Source of the DNA: an uncultured Solirubrobacterales bacterium
GTDB taxonomy: Bacteria > Actinomycetota > Thermoleophilia > Solirubrobacterales > Solirubrobacteraceae
Assembly (NCBI GenBank): GCA_963744135.1
Contig: CAVUSE010000009.1
Span: 37,946 to 101,945, forward strand
Length of the DNA stretch: 64,000 nucleotides
Direction: 5' to 3'
Shown here: positions 38,532 through 49,601 of the stretch, piece after piece
Numbering within the stretch: position 1 is the first letter of the stretch
Layout: every line of letters begins with the position of its first letter
Program-made: the position numbers and the translations under genes
The notes under the pieces: generated by a model
The model's input: only the letters and a program-made list of their open reading frames with translations
What the model was told of the DNA's origin: nothing
Databases searched by the model: none

Positions 38532-39632
38532 ATGCCCAGCCGAAGGCACTTCTCAACCACGATCGTCACGGCGCTTGCCTGCGTGGCGCTCACTCCGGGG
38601 GCGGCCTCAGCGTTCGACCACCCCTTCATCGGACAGTTCCACTCGATCACCTCGATCGCCAGCACCGTGCCGGCCAACGGGGACGTGAATCCCTACGGGA
38701 TCGTCACCGTTCCCGGCAGCACCGGCGCGCTGGTGCGCGGGAATACGCTCGTCAGCAACTTCAACAACGAAGAAAACCTCCAGGGAACCGGCACGACGAT
38801 TGTGCAGATCACACCCGCGGGAGCGCTCTCCGTCTTTGCCAAGATCAAGCCCTCAGCGCTCCCCGGCCCCTGCCCCGGCGGCGTGGGCCTGACGACCGCG
38901 CTCGCGATCCTGCCGGGTGGGTATGTGGTAGTCGGCAGCCTGCCCACGAGCAACGGCCAGGCGGCCACCGCCCAGGCGGGCTGTCTGATCGTGCTCGACA
39001 GCTGGGGTCGCGTGGTGCAGACGATCTCCGGCCCGCCGATCAACGGCCCCTGGGACATGACGGCGGTCGACCAGGGCTTTGGCGCCACGCTGTTCGTCAC
39101 CAACGTGCTCAACGGCACCGTCGCCTCGGGCGAAACCCCCACCAACCAAGGCACCGTGGTGCGCATCCGCGTGCAGCCCCGCTTTCGCCGCGGATTGCGG
39201 GTGACGAGCGAGGAAGTGATCGCCGAAGGCTTCCCCGAGCGCACCGACCCCGCGGCGCTCGTGGTGGGCCCCACGGGAGTGGGGCTGGGCGAGGAAGGCA
39301 CGCTGTACGTCGCCGACACCCAAGACAGCCGGATCGCGGCAGTCCCCGGCGCGCTCTACCGCAGGACGCCGCAGGGCGAAGGCGGGATCACGGTGGCCAC
39401 CGGCGGCTACCTGAACAGCCCGCTGGGACTGACGATCACCCCCAACGACGACATCCTCACCGCCAACGGCGGGGACGGCAACCTCGTCGAGACCACCCCG
39501 GTGGGAGCCGAGTTCCAGCCCTTCGACACCGGCGCCGGCGGAGGCGGGCTGTTCGGGCTGACAGTCGCACCCTACAACCAGGGCGTGCTGTTTGTAAACG
39601 ACACCAACAACACGCTCGAACTGCTGCACTGA
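38532..39632 (+). CDS. secreted beta-propeller-like (NHL-type) protein
   Basis: GGAGG RBS, signal peptide (ASA), repeated NPYG / GPWD / GPTG / SPLG blades. Confidence 0.75.
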   Translation: MPSRRHFSTTIVTALACVALTPGAASAFDHPFIGQFHSITSIASTVPANGDVNPYGIVTVPGSTGALVRGNTLVSNFNNEENLQGTGTTIVQITPAGALSVFAKIKPSALPGPCPGGVGLTTALAILPGGYVVVGSLPTSNGQAATAQAGCLIVLDSWGRVVQTISGPPINGPWDMTAVDQGFGATLFVTNVLNGTVASGETPTNQGTVVRIRVQPRFRRGLRVTSEEVIAEGFPERTDPAALVVGPTGVGLGEEGTLYVADTQDSRIAAVPGALYRRTPQGEGGITVATGGYLNSPLGLTITPNDDILTANGGDGNLVETTPVGAEFQPFDTGAGGGGLFGLTVAPYNQGVLFVNDTNNTLELLH

Positions 39633-39646
39633 GCCGAGGGTCCTCG

Positions 39647-39680
39647 CAGCTGGGCGGGCCTTGCTTCGGCCCGTCCAGCT
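39647..39680 (+). terminator. GC-rich stem-loop after the secreted protein gene
   Basis: AGCTGGGCGGGCC-N7-GGCCCGTCCAGCT; no U tract. Confidence 0.4.
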
Positions 39681-39729
39681 CGAGCGACGCTTGCCGCGCG
39701 CCCCACCGGCTCGGAGTACCCTTCCAGGC

Positions 39730-40116
39730 ATGCCCACCGAGCAGGACTTCGACCTCTCCGCCGCTGGCCTGCGCGCGGACGGTACCGACCTTCGGATCTC
39801 CGTCGAGGTGCTGGCGAGCAAGCTGGAGGAGTCGCTGCCGGGACGCATCCACGTCGAGCGCCGCGGCGGGGGCCTGCTCGGCCGGGGCGAGAAGCACGTG
39901 CGCCTCGTGCGGGTCGAGCTCGGCGGCAACTGCTACCAGCTGACTGTCGAGGGAGACCGCGTGGAGGGCTCTCGCGAACGGCAGGTGGGAGGCATCTCGA
40001 TCAAGCGTGAGACACTCGACCCCAGCGCGTGGGTGACAGCGCTGACCAGCGATCTGCAAGCGGAGGCCGAGCGCAGCACCCAGGCGCGCGCGGCGCTCGA
40101 GAGGCTGCTGGGCTGA
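39730..40116 (+). CDS. hypothetical protein
   Basis: 128-aa ORF at the head of the YbjQ gene pair. Confidence 0.75.
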   Translation: MPTEQDFDLSAAGLRADGTDLRISVEVLASKLEESLPGRIHVERRGGGLLGRGEKHVRLVRVELGGNCYQLTVEGDRVEGSRERQVGGISIKRETLDPSAWVTALTSDLQAEAERSTQARAALERLLG

Positions 40117-40173
40117 TGGCGCGGCGGCGAGACACCGGAGCAAACGTGGCGTACGAGAGGCCGGTGGGCTGAG

Positions 40174-41249
40174 ATGGCACGGCGGCGGGACAAGGGGGCG
40201 GAAGTGGCCGAAGGCCAGGAAGTGGACGGGGCCGCCGGCGCCGAAATGGCCGACCCCGGGGCCACGGCCGCAGAGCAGCAGGAGTCGCTGGAGCGGATCG
40301 AACGGGGCGGGATCACGGTCGCGGCCGAGCGGCGCCTGAGCGAGCTGCGCGAGAAGGGCGGCCTGTTCACCTCCGACCTCTCGGTCAACGGCTGGGCGCT
40401 CGCCCACCAGCTTGGGTTGCGCCCGCTCTCGCAGGTGATGGGCAGCTCGATCTACCAGATGGGCTATCAGGGCGCGCGCCTGGGGCCAGGGCGAATGGGG
40501 TGGCATGGGTCAGACCTACATGGTCGAGCTGGACACGCTCTCGCGGGCGCTCAACGAGGTGCGCTCCCGCGCGCTCGGGCGGATGGCCGAGGAGGCGATG
40601 CACGTCGGCGCCGACGCGGTCGTGGAAGTGGACACGCGCGCCGGCGAAAGCAGCTTGGAAACAGGGTCGATCTCGCTCGAACACACGGTCTTCGGCACCG
40701 CAGTAAAGCGCGAGGCCGGGGCGTCCAACGCCGGCACGCATAGGGACGACGGCGAGAGACGGCGGCGGGCGGCACGGAAGCGGCCAACACGAAAGCGGGC
40801 AACACGGAGGCGGGCAGCCGGTGCTCACCGAGCTGTCGGTCGCCGACTTTTCAAAGCTCGTGCGAGGAGGCTTCGAGCCACTCGGGATCGTCGCCTGGAG
40901 CTCGGTCTTCTTCGCCAGCTACAACTATGGCCCGGGGATGTCCGGCGGGCGCATGCTGTCGGTCGGAGGGATGGAAAACTTCGAGCTGAGCGAGTTCACA
41001 CGGGCTTTCTATAACGCGCGCGAGAGCGTGATGGGCGAGCTGAACGCGCAGGCCTCCGCGATCGGCGCCTCGGGGATCGTCGGCGTGCGGATCGGCCACC
41101 GCGCGGTCCCCCACACGCTGGGGGGCGGGATGGGCGGCCGCGAGCGCAGCGGCCTGATGGTCACGTTCAACGCGATCGGCACCGCGATCCGCCAAACCGG
41201 CGAGCTCACCGTGTACCCGCCCGAGACGACGATCGAACTGACAGCTTGA
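40174..41249 (+). pseudogene. tandem YbjQ/UPF0145 heavy-metal-binding-domain protein, frameshifted
   Basis: FTSDLSVN, GADAVV, GIVGV, IGTAI motifs spread over three frames; probably sequencing indels. Confidence 0.7.
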
Positions 41250-41361
41250 GCAGCGCTCGAAGCGACAACCACCGCCCCCCTCCCCCTCCTCCTCTTTTCC
41301 CCCCTCCCACCACACCGACCTGACATCTCAACACGAGCCCCTTGGAGCCCCACACGAATGA

Positions 41362-42186
41362 GTGACAGCGAGCAGCGAGACGAACGTACGACCCTCCTCG
41401 CTGGAGGGTGTGCCCGAGGCCGGCCGCGCGCGCCTGCAGCAGAACCGCGCGGGCCTCTTCACCTCCGACCTCAGCGTCAACGAGTTCCTGCTGATCAAGC
41501 AGGCCGGCTTCGACCCCGTCGGCCTGGTGGTCGGCAGCTCGATCTACCACATCGGCATCCAGATGGCCGGCTGGAAGAAAAGCCAGGAGCTGACGGTGCT
41601 CTCGCAGGCGATGTACAGCGCGCGCCAGCTCGCGATGACGCGCATGGAGGAGGAGGCCGACCAGCTCGGCGCGGATGGTGTCGTCGGCGTGCGCCTGGAC
41701 ATTGGGCGCTACGAGTGGGGCCAGGACATGGCCGAGTTCATCGCGATCGGCACCGCCGTCAAGCACCGCTCGGGCGAGATGCACCGCGCCCCCAACGGCC
41801 GCCCCTTCACCAGCGACCTGTCCGGCCAGGACTTCTGGACGCTGCTGCGCACCGGGCACCGCCCCGTCGGGATGGTGATGGGCAGCTGCGTCTATCACGT
41901 CGCCCACCGCGGGATGCTCCAGTCGATGGCCCAGACGGGTCGCAACGTCGAGCTGCCCAACTTCACCCAGGCGCTGTACGACGCGCGCGAGCTGGCGATG
42001 GAGCGGATGCAGACCGAGGCGCAGACGCTCACCGCGGAGGGGATCGTCGGCGTCAAACTCAACGAGACCTCCCACGGCTGGGGCAGCCATACGATCGAGT
42101 TCTTCGCGCTCGGCACCGCGATCGTGCCGCGCGAGGGCCACGACGAGGCGATCGAGCCGCCCACGCCGGTCCTTGATCTGAGCTAA
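41362..42186 (+). CDS. tandem YbjQ/UPF0145 heavy-metal-binding-domain protein
   Basis: Two FTSDLS..G..P.G.V.G..AR.LAM.RM..EA..GVVGV..GTA repeats. Confidence 0.88.
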   Translation: MTASSETNVRPSSLEGVPEAGRARLQQNRAGLFTSDLSVNEFLLIKQAGFDPVGLVVGSSIYHIGIQMAGWKKSQELTVLSQAMYSARQLAMTRMEEEADQLGADGVVGVRLDIGRYEWGQDMAEFIAIGTAVKHRSGEMHRAPNGRPFTSDLSGQDFWTLLRTGHRPVGMVMGSCVYHVAHRGMLQSMAQTGRNVELPNFTQALYDARELAMERMQTEAQTLTAEGIVGVKLNETSHGWGSHTIEFFALGTAIVPREGHDEAIEPPTPVLDLS

Positions 42187-42195
42187 GGAGCCACC

Positions 42196-42963
42196 ATGAG
42201 CATCGTCATCACCGAAGACCGCGGCGCCGTCCGCCACATCGTGCTCAACCGCTCGGAGAAGCGCAACGCGATGAGCCAGGAGCTGCTGCGCGCGCTCGCC
42301 GCGGCGCTGCGCAAGGCCGCCGCCGAGGAGTCGGTCCACTGCGTGGTGCTGCGCGGCGAGGGGCCAGTGTTCTCGGCCGGCGTCGACCTCGTCGAGCTGG
42401 CCGCCTCCGCAGACACGCCCGGCCGCCTGCGCCCCTTCCGCGAGACCTTTCTGGAGTGCGCCAACCTATGCGAATCGATGGCCAAGCCGGTCATCTGCCA
42501 GATCCACCGCACCTGCGTCGGCGGTGCCCTCGAGGTCGCACTCGGCTGCGACCTGCGCGTCGCCTCCGACGACGCCACGCTCGGTCTGCCCGAGGTGAAG
42601 TTCGGGATCATCCCCGACGTCGGCGGCTCCACCCGCCTGCCGGCGGTCGTCGGCCTCGGCCGCGCCAAGGAGCTGATCCTGACCGCCCGCACGATCGACG
42701 CCGCCGAGGCCGAGCGGATCGGCCTGCTCAACCGCGTGGTCGCCCCCGATCAGCTCGACGAGGCCGTCGAAGCGCTGGTCGCAGAGCTGCTCGCCAACTC
42801 GCACGTGGCGGTCGGCCGCGCCAAGCGCGTGATCGACGCCTCGGCCCGCCCGGCCCTCGCCGCTACGCTGGAGATGGAGGTCGCGGTCCAGGAGTACTGC
42901 GTGGCGGCGATGCGCGAGAGCGCACGGTCCGGCGCGGAGGGCCAGGAGGCGCTGGCGAGTTAG
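42196..42963 (+). CDS. enoyl-CoA hydratase/isomerase
   Basis: FSAGVDL, KPVI, GGALEVALGCDLR, GLPEVKFG. Confidence 0.93.
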   Translation: MSIVITEDRGAVRHIVLNRSEKRNAMSQELLRALAAALRKAAAEESVHCVVLRGEGPVFSAGVDLVELAASADTPGRLRPFRETFLECANLCESMAKPVICQIHRTCVGGALEVALGCDLRVASDDATLGLPEVKFGIIPDVGGSTRLPAVVGLGRAKELILTARTIDAAEAERIGLLNRVVAPDQLDEAVEALVAELLANSHVAVGRAKRVIDASARPALAATLEMEVAVQEYCVAAMRESARSGAEGQEALAS

Positions 42964-42984
42964 CTGGCGACGCCAACACAGTAA

Positions 42985-44290
42985 GAGGTCACGACTTAAA
43001 TTACTGTCGCGCTTTGTGGGTCGGATTGTGTAATTCCAGTCACCATGGAAGTCGTGCCGGTGGAGGTTGACTTTGGCGAGTTCGGTGTTGCTGACTTTGA
43101 TCCCCTTGGGGTAGTCGGTTTCGTCGAGGCGGGCGTGGACTTTCAGGCCGGTGCTTGTGGTGGTGCTGGCGATCAGGTTGATGATCGTCGGCGTAGTCGA
43201 TCAGCGGCTTGCCGCGCCAGTTGTGGCTGATGAAGCTGAACAGGCGGTGCTCGATTTTGTTCCACTTCCTGGTCCCGCGCGGGAAGTGGCAGACCACGAT
43301 CTGAAGGCCGGTCCGGTCTGCGAGCTGTCTGCAGCTCGACCTTCCACAGCCGGCCGCGGGCGCTGTTGCTGCCGCCGGAGTCCGCGGTGATCGTCAGCTC
43401 GCGAGCGTCCGGGTAGGCCGCCCTTCCGAGCTGCTCCCACCAGGCGCGCGATCGAGCGCGACCGCGAACGGGCGGTATCGGCGGAGACTCCGACATTGAC
43501 CCAGCCCTCGTTGCGCGCGAGGTCGTAGACCCCGTAGGGGATCGCTTTGCCCTCGCGTGGCTGGGGAAGTCGTGCGTGTTGACCTGCACCGGCTCGCCCG
43601 AGCGCGCCCACTCGCGCCCGACCGCCTTGAACTCGCCGACGAGCTCTTTCTTCTTTGTGTCCACGCTGATCACCGGCTGCTTGGCCTGAAGCGCCGCGGC
43701 GGCGGTGTCGTTGATGTACTGAAACTGCGCGTCGCGGTCGGGGTGATCCTCGCCCTCACGCGTCTTGACGTTCGCCTGCATCGTGTAGCCGATCCCCGCC
43801 AACAGCCGCAGCACCGAGCGATCCGCCAGCTCGTGCCCCAGCTCACGCAACCCCACCGCGAGCTTCGCCGCGCTCTTCGACGTCCACCGCAACGGCCGCT
43901 CAGGATCCCCCAACGTCGCGGGATCCACGAGCCGCTCCAGATCCTGATCACCGTCGGGTCAGAGTCCCGCAGCGCCTTGCGCCCAGCGCCCGCACGACGC
44001 ACCCGACCCGCCTCAAGCGGCCCCCCCTCCCGCTCGCGATCAAGCTCAGCCAGCCCACGATCGATCGTTCGCCGCGCAGACCCCCGTCACTCGCGCCACC
44101 GCCACGATCCCGCCACGCCCATGCGAGCGCGCCTCCGCAGCCACCCAACGCCGACGTCCACGCTCATCAAGCGCCGGCCTCATCGCCTCCCACCGCACAC
44201 CGATCGCACCCTCATCGATCACACCACCAAATTCAACACCAAACCCAGCACACCTCCCACCAATCACGCCACTAATTTAGTCGTGAACCC
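42985..44290 (-). mobile_element. ISAzo13-family insertion sequence; transposase multiply frameshifted
   Basis: GDPERPLRWTSKS, HPDRDAQF, ISVDTKKKELVG, ITADSGGSN, KWNKIEHRLFSFI. IRs GAGGTCACGACTTAAATTA / TAATTTAGTCGTGAACCC; TAA duplicated at 42982-42984 and 44291-44293. Confidence 0.92.
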
Positions 44291-44328
44291 TAACGAGGTC
44301 AGCGATGTTGGCGGCTGTGAGCTAGCCA

Positions 44329-44967
44329 CTACTGCTTGACCAAACGCGCCATCGCGTTTGCTGTATCTGCCTCAAGTGCCCGCCACGCGTTCAATTCCCG
44401 TACTGGTCCTGAGCGATCCAAGCGCTCGAGTAGTTGCCGTCGATGTGCGGGAAAGTCTCTCCTGAACTTCTTGAGTCGGCGCCCCGACAATCCACACGCA
44501 ACCTCAAGAGCGGCCAGGAGCAACGCCTTGGGATCGGACACCGCCTCGACCTGCGAGACCTTTGGAAGATCGAGCGGCTCGATGCCAGACGGGCGTCCCG
44601 CGATCATGCGAATTGCGTCTTCATCGAGTAATAGCCAGGCCTCGGTCATACGTATCGGCACAATCGGCACCACTGGCCAATCAACGTCACAATCCTCGAC
44701 GCCTGCAACAATCTCGGTCTTTCTCTTATCGCGAGTATCACTCTCACAATCGCGGTGAACCAAGAGCACATCGAAGTCCGGGTCAATTTTTAGCATGCGC
44801 TCAAGTCGTTGTCGAACGGTCCGCCCGGGAGGATTGGGCATACGACCAAATTCCGGTGCCACGACATCCAGCATCACGCCGTGTGACTGCGCGAGAGCAG
44901 CAACATGAACTCCCAGTGGCTCGTCAGACGAGCCGTCGGCCAGCAGCAATGCCCGTGCTCTCATCAC
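44329..44967 (-). CDS. DUF4276-like / TOPRIM-like partner of the upstream ATPase
   Basis: LADGSSD, LLVHRD, VPIRMTEAWLLLD, DPKALL motifs. Confidence 0.7.
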   Translation of the reverse strand: MMRARALLLADGSSDEPLGVHVAALAQSHGVMLDVVAPEFGRMPNPPGRTVRQRLERMLKIDPDFDVLLVHRDCESDTRDKRKTEIVAGVEDCDVDWPVVPIVPIRMTEAWLLLDEDAIRMIAGRPSGIEPLDLPKVSQVEAVSDPKALLLAALEVACGLSGRRLKKFRRDFPAHRRQLLERLDRSGPVRELNAWRALEADTANAMARLVKQ

Positions 44968-46372
44968 GCTTCAAGTTTGATTTGAGAGCCAGCAGGGGCG
45001 GTCAAGTAGGGAATCAAGTCCGCCATTCCAACTGATTCGGCCCCGGGGAGCCTTGCCCGCCACGAGCCTTTCATCGGACGCAACTTGAGTGCAGCACGCT
45101 GCACGCCATCGCACTCTATAGCTTCCGTTGAAGCTATCAGTAGATCTTCCTCACCCACAAGCTGCACAACGGCGGGAGAGTGGGTGTTAACGATCACTTG
45201 ACGCAGCGGGTTATCAATTCCAGGCTCTTCCATAGGGTCAACTGCGAGATCACGCACGAGATCGACCATTGGGCCAACATTCGCGGGATGTATCCCGTTC
45301 TCGGGCTCCTCCATGCAGATCAAACCGCCAACCGAGGAGTCCTCGTGCATGACACAGAGCGCAAGGAAGCGCAATGTTCCCTCGGAAAGAGACCTGGCAG
45401 GGAACTCCCTACCAGATCGCTCGCGAAGACGAAGTGTGAGAAGCTCTCGCGTATCGTCGGCGTCAACAAAAATGCTGTCGACATCAACACCGCTCAACTG
45501 TCGCAACCGACTTGCGACCCGTGCGTATGTATCCGGCTCCAATGGTCCGTGACCATTTGTAGTCGTCGCAATACGGTACAGAGCCGCAGCGAGGTGACGA
45601 CCGTCGGCAGATATGGAACGCTGGTCGGTGTACCGGTCCTCCGTTCGAAGTGCGCTCGGCTCAAGGCTCAGCCTCCGCCAATTCTGCATCTCTCGACGTG
45701 CGGCTAGAATAGTCGGCTCGTCCTTGACTGAAGTGGTGCGGACCACTGTCGCAGCGGCCCTGGTTGCTGAACCCCGCCGTGGTCGCCCCCCACTACCCCT
45801 ACCTGGTGAACGGTAATTACTGGCTCGCCGCCAGAATCATCAGTTGAAATATAGGCAGCCCCGCTGCGCCTGCCCATTACAATCTTGCGCCGAAAGTAGC
45901 GCGCGGAATGTGGAAAGCGCACATGCTGAGATGCGTCGCTCTGCTTTATGTGTCCCAGCGACTCACGAAGAAGCACGAGGCGACCAAGGCGCTCCAACCC
46001 TGTCGATGGCTCATAGCCAATCTCAAGCTCGTACCGCAGGAACGTCGTGGTAGCTGTTGCTTCCTGGCCAAAGTCATCGTCGATGTTCGGCGGGACAATC
46101 ATCTCAGCCGCGAAGGACATCGTCCTCGGCCCACCCTTGCCAAGGTCCCAAAATAGATCACGCGGGTCGGCAGAGCGACTGCCGGTGCTTCCACGCACAA
46201 CCTCGACAGCCTCCATCAAGGGCTGGTCGGCAAGCGCGCTAAGGAGCTGTATCGCATCAAAAATATTTGACTTACCAGTCCCATTTGGGCCTGCAATACA
46301 GGTAAAGGGACCGAAGTCAATCGCTATATCCCGCAGGTTCTTGAAGCCTCGAACCTCAAGTCTCGTAAGCAT
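44964..46372 (-). CDS. ABC/SMC-like ATPase (AAA_21-type) with an apparent frameshift near 45800
   Basis: GPNGTGKSN Walker A, LSEGT signature, MEEPENGIHP Walker B/D-loop, NTHSP. Confidence 0.85.
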
Positions 46373-46497
46373 GCCTTAGAGCTTACCGCGCGAGTTAGGC
46401 CCCGCGTGCGTCATCACCGCACCCCGCCGTCCGGCCACCAGCTGCATCGCCGGGCTTTCGGTTCGCCGCGGGCGTGGCCGCCCCCACATTCTCGCGA

Positions 46498-47691
46498 TCA
46501 GCCGCTGCTCCAGCCCTGCTCTCCCAACGGGTAGCGGCGGCGCATGAACGGCGAGAACTCGGGGGCCGTGAAGTCGACCCGGCCGTAGCCCGGGCTGTAG
46601 ATGAGCCCCTTCTTGACCAGCGAGCCTCGCGGTGCCGAGGTGTACGACAGGCGCCTGCCGAGACGCTCGGCGACCGCCGAGGTGCGGTAGGGCCCCTCGC
46701 CGAGGTCGGCCATCGCGGCCATGTATTCACGCTCGCGGTCAGTGGCCTTCTCGAAGCGCACATGGAAGAACTCTTCGTCGAGCTCCGCGAGCACAAGCGA
46801 TTCGGCAGCGAGGACGTCGGCGCCGCGGATCGACGAGCCCCGCGCGTGATTCCACGCCTCCTTGCCGTACGCCTGGATGAACGCGGGATAGCACCCCGAC
46901 TCGCCGACGACCCGCGTGAGGGCATCGTCCTCCCAGACAACGCCCCGGGCCTCGGCCGGCGCGAGGAGCGCCTGGCGGGCCGCCTGCTCGCTCGAGCGGC
47001 CCCAGCTTGGGGTAGGCGAACAGCCGCTCGGCGTAGGACTTGGCCTCGACCATCAGGCCCGGCAGCTGTGGAAGGCCGGCGCCCACCAGCGCCACGGGCA
47101 GGCTCGTCTGCGACATCCGGCGCATTGCGGCCGCCACGGCCTCCAGCTCCCCGCACGCCAAGAACTGCAACTCGTCGACCAGGAACAGGACGCCCGTCTC
47201 GTGCCTCGGGCCGTCTGGCCGAGCTCCTCGAAGAGGTTGGTGAGATCCCGCTCGAGGTTGCCCGTGGAGCCGTTCACCGCGTCCGGACCGAAGGAGAACT
47301 CCACACTGCCGTCGGAGGACGCCCCGACCTTGAAGCCTCGCAGCAGCCCGGTGAACGATCGCAGCCGATCACCGAGCGCCTTGCGAGTGCTGAGCTGCAG
47401 CAGCGCCTGGTAGGCGGCGTCCGCGAGCTCGGCGCGAAAATCGGTGTCCGACTTGATCTCGATCGGCCGCGAGGTCGTCCATCCGGCATCCTTCGCGATC
47501 TCCTCGAACTCCAGCAGCAGCACGGTCTTGCCGACGCCCCTGAGCCCGGACACGATCATGCTGCGGTCGCTCAACCCACCCCCGAGACGCGCAAGCAACG
47601 TCCTGAACTGCTGCTCCTGCGCTTCGCGGCCGGTCAGTGCCGGCGGGGGGTTGCCAGCGCCCATCGAGTACGGGTTTACATCCGGGTCCAT
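46498..47691 (-). CDS. AAA_16-type ATP-binding protein, apparently frameshifted twice
   Basis: NPY..GAG..PP.L.GR, GLRGVGKT, VDELQ, GAGLP, AKSYAERLF, YGRVDFTAP motifs. Confidence 0.8.
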
Positions 47692-47874
47692 TCCACGAAG
47701 ATATCAGACTTATACGCACTTATCCGCTATTATTCATAGTTATCCGGAAAAAATCGGATAACGGCGTATAACTTCTTAGAAACGGCTGCTTCGGCGTTGA
47801 TGGCGCTCATGCACGACGAGGACGGTGCCTCTGCCAACGTGGCCGCCGAGGTCAGGCTTATCCGATAGGGGAGG

Positions 47875-49134
47875 TCAAGGGCCCGGCGTGCTCTGCCAGA
47901 GCCCGGAGATCGGCATGGCCCAGATCCGCTCACCGAGGGGCAGTGTGTGCTCTCCCGAGTAGACGACGATGCCCGCCTTGAAGCGCGCGCCGAACCTGTC
48001 GCGCAATAGGCGCAGCCCGTTCGCATCCGAGGCGGTTGCGGTTGCCGCGGACTTCGCCTCGATCCCGACGATGTCGCCGGATGTAGACTCGATCACGAGA
48101 TCGACCTCGCGCTTGTCGGTATCGCGATAGAAGAACAGCTCCACCGGCGTCGTGCTCCACGTAGCCTGCTTGACCAGCTCCATTAGCACGAACGTCTCGT
48201 ACAGCATCCCCGCGATGGCGCCCTGGTCAGGCGCCGAGTAGCGAGCTGTGTCGACACCGACGAGCGCGGCTGCCAGGCCGGTGTCGCTCAGCAGCAGCTT
48301 CGGCGTCTTGATCTGCCGAGCGCCGAGATTCGCCGAGAACGGGCGCAGCCGATACAGCAGGAACAGCTGCCGAAGCAGCTCTATATGTGCCTTGACCGTC
48401 TTGTCGTCGAGCCCAAGCTCCCGCCCCAGCGCCGCGTGGTTCACCATGCCGCTCGTCCGTGCCGCCAGCAGCCGCAACAGCTGCTCGAGCTTTGCGGGGT
48501 CGGTCCGCACTTCGCCGATCTCGGGCAGGTCGCGGCCGAAGATCGTCTGCACGTACGAGCGGAAGTAGCGCGCACGCTGACGTAGGGTGCGAGTGCGCGC
48601 GTCGGGGAAGCCGCCGGCGAGAACCAGCTCGGCGCTGGCGGCGCGACCCCTGGGGGCGCCACTGATCTGCGGCGGCTCGCCGGCCAGCAGCTCGTCGACC
48701 ACCGAGCCATTCCGGCCGGCGATCTCCGCCTGCGCGAGCGGCCAGAGGTTCACATACTCCACGCGGCCAGGCAACGCGTCGGCGATCACCCTCGCGGTGA
48801 CCAGATCGGCTGAGCCGGTGAGCAGGAACTGGCCGGGCGCCCGATCGCGATCGAGGATCTGCTTGATCGCCAGCATCAACTCCGGCACGCGTTGGATCTC
48901 GTCGACCACCGCAGGACGCGCAAGCGACAGCGCAAAGCCATCCGGATCGGCACGTGCGGCCGCGCGCAGACCCTCGTCGTCGAGCGTGTAGAAGTTGGGC
49001 AAGACGCCCGCCGCATGCAGCTGTTCCGCCAGCGTGCTCTTGCCTGCCTGTCGCGGGCCGGTGATCGCCGCCGCGCGGCTCACGCTGAGAATGTCGCGCA
49101 GCTCGGTCTCTATGCCGCGGGCGATCAGCGCCAT
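47875..49134 (-). CDS. AAA_14 ATPase + DUF4143 protein
   Basis: GPRQAGKST, DEIQ, LLTGSA, KTPK..DTGL, EVDLVIE..IEAK (PD-(D/E)XK-like end). Confidence 0.92.
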   Translation of the reverse strand: MALIARGIETELRDILSVSRAAAITGPRQAGKSTLAEQLHAAGVLPNFYTLDDEGLRAAARADPDGFALSLARPAVVDEIQRVPELMLAIKQILDRDRAPGQFLLTGSADLVTARVIADALPGRVEYVNLWPLAQAEIAGRNGSVVDELLAGEPPQISGAPRGRAASAELVLAGGFPDARTRTLRQRARYFRSYVQTIFGRDLPEIGEVRTDPAKLEQLLRLLAARTSGMVNHAALGRELGLDDKTVKAHIELLRQLFLLYRLRPFSANLGARQIKTPKLLLSDTGLAAALVGVDTARYSAPDQGAIAGMLYETFVLMELVKQATWSTTPVELFFYRDTDKREVDLVIESTSGDIVGIEAKSAATATASDANGLRLLRDRFGARFKAGIVVYSGEHTLPLGERIWAMPISGLWQSTPGP

Positions 49135-49163
49135 GCGCCGCTCCTCAGCGCCGCTGGCCGTAT

Positions 49164-49245
49164 TCGACCACATCGGAGTAGCATACCCCACCAATCCGGA
49201 ATAGCAAGCCCGTCAAATCGGATTAGTGTGCCCACCAATCCGGGA
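49164..49245. repeat. degenerate 22-bp-period tandem repeats (CCCACCAATCCGGAATAGC type)
   Basis: Units at 49186, 49208 and 49230 plus a degenerate unit near 49164; the same motif recurs at 59879. Confidence 0.75.
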
Positions 49246-49322
49246 GCGTCTCAGCGCCTCGAGAAGCTGTGGGAGTAGCGTCGATGTTCGTGTTGTGGCC
49301 TCATCGCTGATAAGGTGGCCAC

Positions 49323-49601
49323 ATGCGTGAGATGGGAGTCCGGGAGTTGAAGACGACGCTGAGCCAGACGCTGCGAGCGGTCGCTCGCGGTCAGCAGGTG
49401 CGCGTGACTCTCCGCGGCCGGCCGCTTGCCGACATCGTGCCAGCCGGTGCCTCGACCAAGGACGATCTCCTGCGCGGGCTGGTGGCCCAGGGACGGCTGG
49501 TTGCACCCGCCCGCGCGCGGCCAACACGGGCGCCCCGGCTCGTGAAGAGCAGCCGCAGCGCATCGGCACTGGTGCTGGCCGAGCGGGAAGCCGAGCGCTG
49601 A
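49323..49601 (+). CDS. Phd/YefM-family antitoxin
   Basis: MGVRELK..LS..LR.V..G..V.VT.RGRP.A.IVP. Confidence 0.9.
   Translation: MREMGVRELKTTLSQTLRAVARGQQVRVTLRGRPLADIVPAGASTKDDLLRGLVAQGRLVAPARARPTRAPRLVKSSRSASALVLAEREAER

Noticed and set aside
41272..41312. C-rich tract with G-quadruplex potential on the minus strand
   Set aside because: Low-complexity sequence in a GC-rich genome with no independent support.
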